Assembly: GCA_001929475.1 (NCBI GenBank)
Contig: LXFE01000309.1
Location: 1-62,099 of the forward strand
From: Neolecta irregularis DAH-3
Lineage: Eukaryota
Length of the DNA stretch: 62,099 bases
Reading direction: 5' to 3'
Positions within the stretch are counted from its first letter, which is position 1; each line of letters begins with the position of its first letter. Both the position numbers and the translations under genes were made by a program. The notes beneath the pieces were generated by a model. That model was not told the DNA's origin and searched no databases. It saw only the letters and a program-made list of their open reading frames with translations. Below, piece after piece: positions 27,960 through 39,850 of this stretch.

Positions 27960-29285
27960 CAAGCAGATCATTATTGCATGCTTTTGATCTTACCCTCATT
28001 AAATTAAATGATTATATATATAGTCGAAACTTGTTCATTCTTCATCGAAAACTTGTTTTTGACGACGAGAACCGCCCTTGAACTCTGCCATTTCAACAGA
28101 ATAACTCAAGATAAACAGACATTCTAGAACACAGATGAAAGTATATTTTGGAGATAAACTTTGCAAGTCCAAGATTATGATTGGCGACTAGTTCGACATA
28201 AAGGTAAAGCTACTTTTTAACCAATCATAGTTATTTCAGAACGCTCACGACAGTCCAGACGCCTGAGGCTTTGGGCATCTATCATCTGTCATCAATCGTC
28301 TGTTCCACAATATAGCCAGGGATTTTGGGGCATATATTATTTTGTGATCCATCCAAGACACTCTGGCTTAGGCGAAGAGAAAAGACCACTCAGTTTTCGA
28401 GTGTCCAGAAAGTCCCAAATGCTATTCAATATGCATTGTCCAATGGCTCATGTGCGTAGTTGCTACCATAGGAAGACAATATCTGTCTTATCAGATAGAA
28501 AGCTTGTGGAGCGATTGAGATTTGAGGGTAGTCGTTGATATGGAGGTAGAGAAGATTTCATCTCTGTTGAGTTGACCAGGGAAAAGACAAGGCTACCGGA
28601 CAACTCATGCTGAAGTGAGATGTCTCGGAAAGCTGGCTGCATAAACTGAGCAAGACGGGAAGAGTGAATGATTGCAGTGGTACGCTGAAGTCTGTGCCAT
28701 GATTGATTCCGTACTTGTTCTTATCGCTCTCCACAGCCATCGTGTCTATAGTGAATTGATGTGTTTTGTTAGAGATTTTTGTTTCTGTTTTATTTCGAGG
28801 GAAGGGAATACCGTCCTAGGATGAGTTTCGATGTAAATGAAATCGGTCAGTGAGACATAACATCGTAGAATTGATATTTTCTATCTCACGCGAGGGTATC
28901 ATTTCTAGAAAGGAACAAACGTTGAGGGCGAGGCAGGCTCTAGTATATTAGCAATACTTCGCAAACCAACATCATATCAGAAAGTTAGGACGATGGAAGA
29001 ATGAATTTGGGAAGCTCATTTACAAATACTATCAATGAATTTGATTATAGTAAGCGACTAGCCAAGATGTAAGATCCAATTTTGTGCACGCAAAAGAGAA
29101 GTAAAGCTGAAAAAATCTAAAAAAATGGAAATCTCTTCACACCTTGCGATTCTTCTTGGTATTTAAATTTGCACCGAAGATCCTCACAAACATCACGAGA
29201 AATAACACGCTCCAGACAACAACGTAGAAAGAAGAGGAAATGGCTGTATCTCTTCGAGAAGCAGCTTGATCCTGATGCCAATTGA

Positions 29286-31368
29286 TTACTTGCTGTCCAC
29301 TGCCGGTCCCGTGGGGGCTGCTTTCTGAGTCTGAGTCTGAGTCTGAGTCTGAACTTGATTGTCTTTGCCCACCGTCCCGCCCTGTTCTTTTCCCGACTCT
29401 CGATAACTAGACCCTCCGCGAGGTCGCGCAGGGCCTCTAAACCCTCTAGTTCGACCTCTTCCTCGACCACGAAATCCCTCGCTATCCGAGGCAGAACTCC
29501 TGTAAGAGTGGGACGAGGGTTCTTTGAGTTTAACTTCTATGGGACCATCTTTCTTGGCTCGTTCGAGGGCTTTTTGCGCAGCTTCTTTTGATGAAAAGAT
29601 AACGTAGGCGAATTTAGTTGAGCCAAATTTTCGATCCCTAAGAGTGATTGACGTTTTAGTTTTCCAATCAAGGGGGTCGAGAAGTGGTTCAATTTCTTCT
29701 TCACTATTTACGGGAGCAATAAACAGTCCTGGTAGATCTCGAAAGAAAACTTGCTTCTCACCCAATATGACAGTTTGCACATCGCCATTGATACTCTTAT
29801 CTGTTGTTTCGGTATGAGGTTCGTCTGTTCTGGTAGATTCAGCTGTTTTCGGTGGTTGAGCGGTTTCAACATTGACAGATTGTGGAGTAGCAGAGGGAGC
29901 TCGAGATTGTGTTTGTGACTGAACGGCATTTTGCTTGGCTTGATGGACAGGTTTGGTTTGTCTACGATAGCCAAAGTTAAAACCTTTTCAAATTAGTCAT
30001 ATAAATCTCATCAGCAAATACCAGAAGATTTTAATTCGGCACCAACCCTTCCTTCTTTAATATCTAGGACAAGAGATCCAAAGGCAGCATCCGATAAGTT
30101 GAAGTTCCAAAGATTCCGGAAGTGTGCATTCTCATTCTCTTGCAAGGCAGCTTCATGTGTTGGCATTCGGTTGAAGGCCTCGATAGCGTTGTAGAGAAGG
30201 GCTTTTTGATGTTGTGCGCATGCAGGTTCAACTTTTGCTTTTACTGTATCCCAAACGTCCATGAAGCTTTGCCTAGCGGAGGCAAGTTTAGCTTTGTAAT
30301 GCGAGACGTCCGGGTTGACACTGAAGTCATTGTAACTAGTGCTATACCGAAAGTGCAAGGCAGCGGATATGGAGATATCGGCCTGAGTTTAAGCTTATAT
30401 GCTATATATACGACAAACCTTGAGGACGGTGCCAAGTTGAGAGATAAGACCCTCTCGACCTGGACTAGCATGTGTGACCAACATTCTAGTTGTTGAAGGG
30501 TCAAAGCATTTGTTCGCGGTATCAATGAGTTCACCCATCTGCAAAACAGTAGTCCACATAGTTCCTTGGCCACCAGCGATAGTCGTAATACCCTCGCCAC
30601 AGTCAAAGAGTTTGTGATAAACCAGGGCACCACCCAGCCCAAGCAATCGAAGACGGATTCCACCCACATTGATAAGATGACTAGTAGCTTCATCGAGAAT
30701 GAACAAATTGTCAATGTTAAATTCTTTTGCTCGGAACTTCTCCACAACTTTGACATCTTCACACGCACCCCAAACGGTATAGACAGGGACAGAAAATCTC
30801 TTCTCACCTCTGAGAAATTCGGGGAGTTCGGATAGTTCTGGGCTGGATGTTACTTCTCGTCGAATCTGGTCTGCGGATGGGCCAGTGGTATTACTTTTAT
30901 TATTGAGACTGGTTCGAAGTCGTTGAAATTTCTCCAATGGGGAGTATTGGATGATATGCCGGAGTGTTCTACGTAATTAACTCCAGTCGATGACGAATGC
31001 ATAGATGCATCAAGCAAAGTAAAAGTCAAGTAGACGATGAAGTTACGAAAGATTAAGAAGATGCGATGACTTACTTGTTGCTTACTCGAGGCAAACTGTC
31101 AGAGTCATAAAAGCCAAAGTCACCCGTATGAATAACGGCTTGCGCATTTGCTTCTTTCGCAAGCTCATTAATTTGACTCAGATTACCTGGGCACGTTAAC
31201 AACCCGAGGAAAACGAGAGGATGCGAGTAATATACCTCTGATATCTGCCACGCAGAGAATTCGAGCGTTTTGACCGAGGTCCAAGACGTCAGCGCTGAAT
31301 GACGACTTTTGCTGAATTTGCTTGTCACGATCAGAGAAAATAAAGAAGGGCTCTTGTACCTCGTTCAT
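29286..31368 (-). CDS. Fungal metallophosphoesterase-like / DUF2433 protein with C-terminal RRM and RGG tail
   Basis: RILCVADIRG|NLSQINEL...VIHTGDFGFYD; VWGACEDV; THASPGREG; RNP1-like KFAYVIFSS; RGRGRGRTRGFRG...RGG. Confidence 0.8.
29324..29352. repeat. Hexanucleotide microsatellite (TCTGAG)x4+ encoding QTQTQTQTQ
   Basis: Seen directly in the last exon of the DUF2433 gene. Confidence 0.9.
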
Positions 31369-31678
31369 ATGGAATTAAGAGGTGCGAATAGAAGAAGAAA
31401 TCGAATAAAATGTGATGGAGGGAATGAAAATGGACCTATTTGACAGTCCTGGTGGTGGTTTCGGAAGTTGGTCTGCACGTTGCCGCGTTTTAAAATCGAG
31501 TCATGAACAAAAACTTCTTAATTCCCCTGTATAATATATAATGTATGTCTAAGCGCAGTTGAACCGCCCACATGACAACACCTTCCGTCCCATATGCAAA
31601 CGAAGTTGAATAGTTGCATGACGACCAGCTAAAACAGGGAAGAAATCTTAAAGGGAAAGCAAGATAGCAGTCACTAGC

Positions 31679-33086
31679 TTAGAATATCAACGGCCTGGGT
31701 TTCTCCCATGCGTTGTTCTGGTTAGTAAAATGGCCGTATGTACACGTTTCAGAATATATGGGCTTAGCAAGCCCGAGTTCCTTGACTTGTAATAGTAAGC
31801 TTGTAAACAACTGATAGGAAATATACCAATAACGCCTGGCCTAAGATCAAAATTTTCACGAATAACCTTGACGAGCTCATTAGAGGTTTTGTCACTGGTT
31901 CCATAGGAATCAACATATATGCTCAGTGGTTCAGCAACACCGATAGCATAAGACAGCTGAACGAGTGCACGGCGGGCAAGTCCAGCAGCAACAAGTGATT
32001 TGGCAACCCATCGAGCAGCATAAGCAGCAGAACGATCGACTTTGGTGAAATCCTATCCGTGAGTACTCTCTACTTATATCAGGTTTTGCCTTTCCAGAGA
32101 AAGCTCCGCCTCCATGGGCACCCCATCCACCATAAGTATCAACAATAATTTTGCGTCCAGTCAATCCAGCATCCCCTTGAGGTCCACCGATAACGAAACG
32201 ACCGGACGGCTGAATCTGCGAAACTTCAGCTCAGATGCAAGGCATTCGCACATGATAGACAGTCTTTTCGTCAAGAAACTTTGAAGGTATAACTTTCTTA
32301 ATAATGTGCTGGAGGATATCTTTCCGAATGTCCTCGGTGGTAACTTCCTCAGCATGTTGGGTAGAAACAACGACTGTATCAACGCGCAAAGGTATCACAG
32401 CACCACCTTCGGATCGATATTCGACCGTAACTTGTGTCTTGGAGTCTGGACGAAGGTACCCTAGGGAACCATTGCGACGGGCTTGGGCGAGTGCGGCATT
32501 GAGCCGATGGGCGAGAATAACGGTGAGTGGTAAAAGCTCCTCAGTTTCATCAGTAGCATATCCAAACATGATTCCCTAACGGTCAGCATGACTCTTCTAG
32601 ACGTGTAAAGAGATAGGCAGGTTCTTGCGTATTTCTTCAGGAATACAAGAGAAGGCAAAGCAAACCGAAAGGTATACCTGATCTCCTGCGCCAAGGTCTT
32701 CTAGAGCTCCGTTAATTTGAACACCGGCGGCTATTTCCGGACTCTGCTGCTCAATGGCAACAAGCACATTGCATGTCTTATAGTCAAAGCCCTTGCTTGA
32801 CTCGTCGTAACCAATTCGTTTAATGGTATTTCGGATGATGCTCTGGTAATCTAGGACTGCACGGGTAGAGATTTCTCCAAAAACCATAATCATTCCGGTC
32901 TTTGCGGCGGTCTCACAAGCAACTCTAGACATAGGATCTTGCTCGAGACAGGCATCGAGGATTGCATCCGAGATCTGATCGCAAATCTTATCTGGATGGC
33001 CTAGAGAATCAAATGAGATCCGCGCGACTGCAGATACCTTCGCCAACAGATTCAGAGGTGAAGAGAAAGGTATCACCGATAGACAT
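31679..33086 (-). CDS. SAM1: S-adenosylmethionine synthetase
   Basis: [57 protein letters not shown]. Confidence 0.97.
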
Positions 33087-33227
33087 GGTGGATGGAAAAA
33101 TGCAGATCGGAGGAAAAATACGGATTGGGATGAAAGCGGGGCCACTGAGGGGATATCTCAACTGGATGTCGCAATCTCACGGGCAGCTCAAAATTAACCA
33201 ATAGTCTTGAATACCACACTGACAGCC

Positions 33228-34305
33228 ATGGGAAAAACAGGATTGCTCGTAATGGGACCAGCTGGTACGTATCTTCTCCATAGACCTGTATCAATGAATA
33301 GGCTGCGGCAAAGTATCTTTTAAACGCTTGATTTTCCGTACTAAGGCTGTGATAGACTACCTTTTGCGCCGCGCTGTTATCATACATCAGAAACTCGGGT
33401 AGAATGGCCCACCTTGTGGTGAATAATTTGCAAACTCGCTGCAATTCTAACTGCAGAACCTAGATCCCGCTGCTGAACATTTCGAATGGGAACCCACAAT
33501 CGGTATGATGCCCTCGATCTATCGTTTTCATTATTCACACATTGCTAACAGACGCCCAGATATCCGAGATCTTATATCATTAGAAGACGTCATGGAAGAA
33601 ATGGACTTTGGTCCAAATGGTGGATTGATATACTGTTTCGAGTATCTTCTTTTTCTTGTGATCTCAGCACTGACTCAAGGTTCCTAATGCAGAATCTTGA
33701 CTGGCTTGATGAAGAACTCGGCGAACACGAAGATGACTATCTGATATTCGATATGCCTGGTCAGATCGAATTATACACCCATATACCCGTACTACCCTCT
33801 TTGATCAACCATCTAAAGCTGAATCTCCATTTCCGTTTATGTGCAGCATATCTCCTTGAATCCCCATTCCTCGTCGATAAAACCAAATATTTTGCGGGAG
33901 TAATGAGTGCCATGTCTGCTATGATCATGATGGAAATACCTCATATCAACATCATGAGTAAAATGGACTTGATCAAGGGGCAGATCAAAAAAAGGGAATT
34001 GAAGAGGTATCTGGATCCTGATCCACTATTACTCGCGGATGAAATCAATTCAAAAACAAATCCCAAATTTCATAGCCTAAATGAAGCAATAGTCCAATTA
34101 GTATGTGCAAATCACGAAACCATTGTTAATGTCAAAGATTGACGACTTCAATATGGTCTCGTTTCTGCCGTTGGAGTCGGGCAATGAGGAGTCGGTAGCC
34201 GCGATTTTAAGTTACGTTGATGACGCTACTCAGTGGGCCGAAGACCAGGAGCCAAAAGAACCAAAAGACGAAGAACTTGAAGGGTCGGAAGAGGTGGAAA
34301 TTTAA
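33228..34305 (+). CDS. GPN3: GPN-loop GTPase 3
   Basis: [71 protein letters not shown]. Confidence 0.93.
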
Positions 34306-34404
34306 TCGCATTAATCAAGTGATTTTATTGTACAATCTACATATATTACAGGACACATGGGAAACGACTTTATGGTTCCCACCAAAGACATATCCAAATC
34401 GAAA

Positions 34405-35781
34405 CTAAACATAACTCGCATCTGAAGATAGATCAATATAATACCCCCTGTTTTCTTGCGCTGCTGAATATGACAATTTGGATTTTTTCGCAGGTGGGGT
34501 CTTTGGTTTTGAAACCTGGAAGCAATCTTTGATTGGATTTATGATCGTCCTGATCTTCTTTTTCGTCTTGGATGGAGCTTTGGGGGCCCTTGTAGTGAAT
34601 TTTGACTCTTTTGTTTTTGTCATTGAGAAAGAGTTAACTTTTGGTTCTTTCAACCCGACATCGCAACAGATCGACATCGCAGGACCATTGGTTTTGCCTC
34701 CAGTGATATTGGCAAATTTCTCACGCGGCAGCGGCGTCGCTTTCAGAATCTCGATTGCTGCCTGGCAGTCCCCTTTCACGACGATGTCCCAAAGATCAGA
34801 ATCTCCTTTGACTTTTGGTGGATTCTCAGGGTTGATCCAGATAACCCGACCTTTACTACAATGTACAGATGCAGCAAACTCTTTTACCATTCTCTGAACC
34901 CCAGGGATTTTGAGGGTTGTCCCAACAACGAGGAGGGCATCAGGTCGAGCTCTCAAATCCGACTCTGTGATTTTGCCGATTGCTTCCTGTAGTTGTCAGT
35001 GGTTATTTGGGGAGGAGGGCATACAGCATCGGGATTCCACTCGTTATATAGAACAACTCTCGGTCGAACCTTGCCAATCCCAACACGCCGCTTTCCAGCA
35101 GCGCTTCGCGCTTCTTCAGTCTCACTACACCTCTCGCAATCTGGTATCTCTTCTCCCTCGAACATTCCTTCCGAAAATTCGTGGATCGAGGAGCACTTGT
35201 GGCATATTACACTATCCAAACCGCCATGGAGCCGAACAGTCTTCGGCCACGCTTTGGTAAGCGGCACATTAGTGCTCAGCCCTGGCAATCTATCTTCGAG
35301 ACAGTCAATGTTTTGTGTATACAACCGTAACAGCCGGCCAGATTCACCTAGCTCGGAGAGATACGTGTGAAATGGTGTAGGTTGTGCAGACTTACACAAA
35401 GAATGGAGAGAAGAAACCATTCTGTGAAACTGAGACGCTGACTCTGGGGAACTGTATACAGAAGCATCAAACATATCTTTTCCGCTGCTGATTTTGAGTT
35501 CCTGGCGGAGAGATGCGAATAAACCCGTAGAAGAACGAAAATCGGGTATTCCACTAGCCACTGAGACTCCTGCACCTGAAAACCGTAAGGCCTGGTCAAT
35601 TGAGCGGACACTGACCCGTAATCACAACAATTCGCTTTGCTTTTGTGACCACACGCTTGAATATCGAAACAGCTTCGGGGGGGATGTTCTGTTTTGACAA
35701 ATCGAGAAATTGGTAGGGCGGACCGAACGAAATGCTTGGTTGGGACGAAGATATTTCATTCCGTTTTCTTTTGGGAGGCAT
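34405..35781 (-). CDS. HST4: Hst4-type (class Ic) NAD-dependent deacetylase, copy A
   Basis: ITG|AGVSVASGIPDFRS, RLYTQNIDCLE, LHGGL, CHKC/CERC zinc motif, RPRVVLYNE, RPDALLVVGTTL. Confidence 0.9.
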
Positions 35782-35810
35782 TGCGTGCGGGGATGGAGGT
35801 TAGCGAGAAC

Positions 35811-35841
35811 CGCGACCGAGAAACACACGCGAAAGTCGCGA
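35811..35841. promoter_or_regulatory. Cluster of CGCG (MCB/SCB-like) motifs immediately upstream of sirtuin copy A
   Basis: CGCGA at 35811, ACGCGAAA at 35827-35834, TCGCGA at 35836-35841. Confidence 0.4.
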
Positions 35842-36115
35842 CCCGTCTATTGAGCAACCACCTATTTAGGAAATTTGTCAACATTTCTGAGCTGAACTCA
35901 TTTCTGATGTCATTTTTTGATCTCGATTAGCAAGCGATCGAGTCGAGACCCCGCGAATGCGACTGGATGATGTTTGATTTCCATGGATTTGCAAAGTGAG
36001 ATATTGTCTGGCCTTTTTTGGCCCCGGTAGTGATTTGTAGTACATTACCTGCATCACTGAGCGCTTTAGAAACAGCTAATCTAGAGAATTCCACTTTTTG
36101 TTCAGTGAATATAAA

Positions 36116-37994
36116 ATGACTGTGTGTTCGCGATGTATGGCTGGATCGACAATGTTGTCCCTTTCTTGGTCAGGCACATTGGCTTTTGCAATATGCTTTC
36201 ATCTCATCTATCGCTTTTGCACCTCAAGAGAGCGCCATCGACGCCTTGCTCAGACAGCCGCCCAACCAAAGCGATATTGTGGCCGGTTCCCTCTTGGCAT
36301 TGATATTTTCTGGCAGTTAATTGAGGCTCATCGAAACTCTACGCATCTTGAACTTGGTCAGTCGCTTTTTGAAAAGCATGGGCATACCACTGAACTTCAT
36401 TTTCTGGGCCAAGGAGTCATTTTTACCGACGATCCAGAGAATATAGAGGCAATGCTTCAGACGAAATTTAAAGATTTTGGGCGAGGCGCTATGATTCGTT
36501 CAATGTTCCATCTGGTTCTCGGGGATTCCGTATTCTCCGCTGATGGGGATCTTTGGCGTCATGGGCGGTCGCTGACTCGTCCGGTATTAATGGAGGAGAG
36601 CGAGATGCTGATCCGTAGACATTCTCAAAACAGCGTACAAGCAATCTGGACATTGTTGAGAAACACATTCAAAGAGCTATCGACTTGATATCACCCGGCG
36701 AGAAGACTGTCAACTTACAAGATATATTTTTTAGGTTCTCCTTTGATGCCAGCCTTGAGCATCTTGTTGGAGAGCTCCCAAGCTCATGGGACAATCATCA
36801 AATCCTCTTGTCGAAAAGCTTTGACAGGATACAAGAATGGCTATCGCTTCGTCTCCATGCTGGCCCTCTATATTTTCTTGTTCCCGAATTTATCTATGCA
36901 AAAGATGTCAAAACAATCGATGACTGCCTTTTCCCAATAGTTGAAAAAGCTATCAGAACTGCATCAGAAGACAAATCCTGTGGTGATGCAAATAGTTCCA
37001 AATTTAGTGTCCTTCAGGCAATGTGCCAAACGACAGACGATAAAAAGTTTTTGAGAGATCAGTTGGTCGGGCTACTGCTGGGTATACGATTACCCTTGAA
37101 TTTGCCAATATATAATCTAGCTGGTCGGGATACTACCGCCGCTGCTTTGAGGTACTTGGTGCTCTGTTTTCTAATTTGACACCAGTAGCTGGACTTTCTA
37201 CGAGTTGGCAAGACATCCTCAAGTCTACGCTCGTCTTCGAAATGAAGTTTTGGAAAAGATCGGCTCCAAGGTTGCTCCGACCATTGACACTTTGAACTCT
37301 TTGGAGTTTGTCAAGAAAGTAATCAACGAAAGTACTATCCCAGATTTGTTCTAGTGATCTCATCTCAAGCTTTGCGTTGCTATCCACCTGTAAATCACCA
37401 AACTAGTGCTGCTAATATTACAGGCAGCTACAAGTGCCCGACAAGCTCTCTGTGATACAGTCCTTCCTCGAGGAGGTGGGACAAACGGCAATGAGCCGAT
37501 ATATGTTTGCAAAGGACAACTTGTAATATTTGCCAGTTTGTGGGTTCACTATCGTAAAGATATCTGGGGCGAAGAAGCCGACACCTGGAACCCTGATCGA
37601 TGGGAAACCACAAGATTAAAGCCATGGACGTTTATTCCCTTTCAGTCAGTGACCTGGAAATTTCTAGGAAATTACTGATACCTTTATAGTGGAGGCCCAA
37701 GAGTTGTAAGCCTCTTCTATAGCACTCCGGTCAACGCTTACATGCTTGTCTCTTTTTAGTGCCTAGGAAAGGTATAGCCTGCTTTAGTTTGATAGTAATA
37801 CTGCAGAGCTACGCAATATCCAAAATGACATATGTGGTGGCTCGAATTGCTCAGAAATTCGAATTTATCGAAAACCGTGATGATAACCCAAAATATATGT
37901 TCAAAACTACAGTTCTTTCAAGCGGACATGTGAGTCAGAGGAGTCTAGTCAGCTAAAAATACAGGGAACATTGGTAGCGTTAAAAGAAGCTTGA
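36116..37994 (+). CDS. Cytochrome P450, CYP52 clan-like (alkane/fatty-acid hydroxylase type)
   Basis: DPENIEAML...FKDFGRG, LLL|AGRDTT, ETLRCYPP, LPRGGG, WNPDRW, PFHGGPRV|CLGK heme motif; about 9 introns. The exact start ATG is uncertain. Confidence 0.92.
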
Positions 37995-38128
37995 GGGCTA
38001 TGGCAAGGGAGAGCTAGAGCTGGTGAAGCATAGGCTGCTTTGGTTTGGTTCGAGCGATGCATCAGGTTAACGACAAATTGAAAGAATCCTGAGCCCCCAT
38101 AATTACAAAGTTGCATAATGTGACCCGT

Positions 38129-39734
38129 CTATACAAGCTCCATATTATCTCTTGATGATAGAGTAGGGACTGTCCATTTCCGCTTTTTATTGTTGGGCTT
38201 GAGTTTGGTCCCTTTAAAATGGGTGGAAATATCGCATCCTTCAGATTTTACTGCTTTCCGCCTTTTTCTTGCCTTGGGTACAGTAATCTGTTCTTGTTGA
38301 ATTGAAGGGAGAGTCAACTCTATTCCTGAGGACGATGGATATGTGATGGTTGGGACAATCCGAAATCCATAAGATGATGTTGTCAACGGCAGGCTTTGGA
38401 AAGGTTGAAACGGACCAGACAGGTAAGGTCCTTCCGGATAGAGCTGATATATCCGTTCTTCAAAATATCCGGGGAACAGGTCAGAGAGATGAGGAAGGGT
38501 GAGAGTCGATGCAGTTGATGGTGGGGTAGCTGGTGACAGTACAACTGGCGAACTCCTCGAACTTGAGCCTTCTGTAGAGTCAGAACCATCCTCTGAATCT
38601 TCACGGAGGAGTTCAATTGCGTTCTGGCAATCCCCCTTAACGGTAAGATCCCAAACATTTTCAAATCCTCTGTTAATGGGGGGGTCATCTTTATTGATCC
38701 AAATTACAAGCCCCTTTGAAAGTTAAACAAGTCTCGATATGAATTGAGATTACCTTTGCATGCTTTACTGCTTTGGAGAATTCTTTGACAAGCCGCTGTA
38801 CCCCAGGAACCTTCAGCGATGTTCCAACAACCACCTAACCAAATAAGCCATCCAAGAAACAAAAGGAAGCAATAACCAAGGCATCTGGCCGAGCCCGTAA
38901 GTCTGCAGTACTCACTGTGCCGATGGCATCCTACGGGCAGTTAATATACAAGAAACCTATCGATACGCACCGCATCTGGATTCTCTTCGTGATAGAGTAC
39001 AACTCTCGGTCTCAGCTTTCCAATACCATGTTGTCTCTTCTCGGCAATCCTCCTGACTTGGTCCGTTTCGAGACACCGTTCACAATCTGGGGCTTCATGA
39101 TCCACGAATAGACCGTCTTGGAAAGGGGCCACGGTATGACAGAGTGCACAAACAACGTGGTCAAGTCCTCCATGGAGACGGATTGTTCGAGGCCATGGTC
39201 CCTTCTGAGGCAATGGAATCTCAGTCTTCAAGTCTGGTACTTGCGACTCTAAGCAATCTATATTTTGGGTGTATAATCGTAATAATCTTCCACTGGAGCT
39301 TAAAAACGACATGTAGGAATGAAACGAGGTTGATTGCGAGTTCTTGCACAAGGACTGCATACCGGACATCACCCTGTGGAATTTTCTGAGAGCCTCTTTT
39401 GTTGTATAGACAGATGAGTCGAACATATCCTTCCCGTTTGCAATTTTGAGTTCCGTTCGCAAAGATGCAAAGAGGCCATTATTTGAACGAAAGTCTGGGA
39501 TTCCACTGGCTACCGAAACTCCAGCGCCTTGATACTCAGATGTGGTTAGTTAGAAACGTAGAACATACCAGCGATAACCAGAATTCGATTAGAACATGTC
39601 ATTATGTCGCGGAATGTTTGGAGCGCTTGTTGATCAACGACTGGTGATGTGAGATCCAGGGTTTTCGACAGAAAAGAGCATCTGCTCCAGTATTTCTTGA
39701 ATTTTTGGCGCTTCGCTATCCATGGTTTTGGCAT
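38129..39734 (-). CDS. HST4: Hst4-type (class Ic) NAD-dependent deacetylase, copy B
   Basis: IAG|AGVSVASGIPDFRS, RLYTQNIDCLE, WPRTIRLHGGL, CALC/CERC, RPRVVLYHE; long S/P-rich and basic tail to the stop at 38129. Confidence 0.88.
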
Positions 39735-39850
39735 TATTAGTTGTGGGGACTGTTAGAACGTTCGGAGTTGAGGTGAAAGATCACCCCCAATGACAAAAGA
39801 GGCAATACGGCTCTGGAATTGTGGTCCCCAGACTCTGAAACCTCCAAAAA

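Noticed and set aside
36098-37956. P450 and other genes as frameshifted pseudogenes
   Set aside because: All frame changes I traced are explained by short introns, giving intact proteins.
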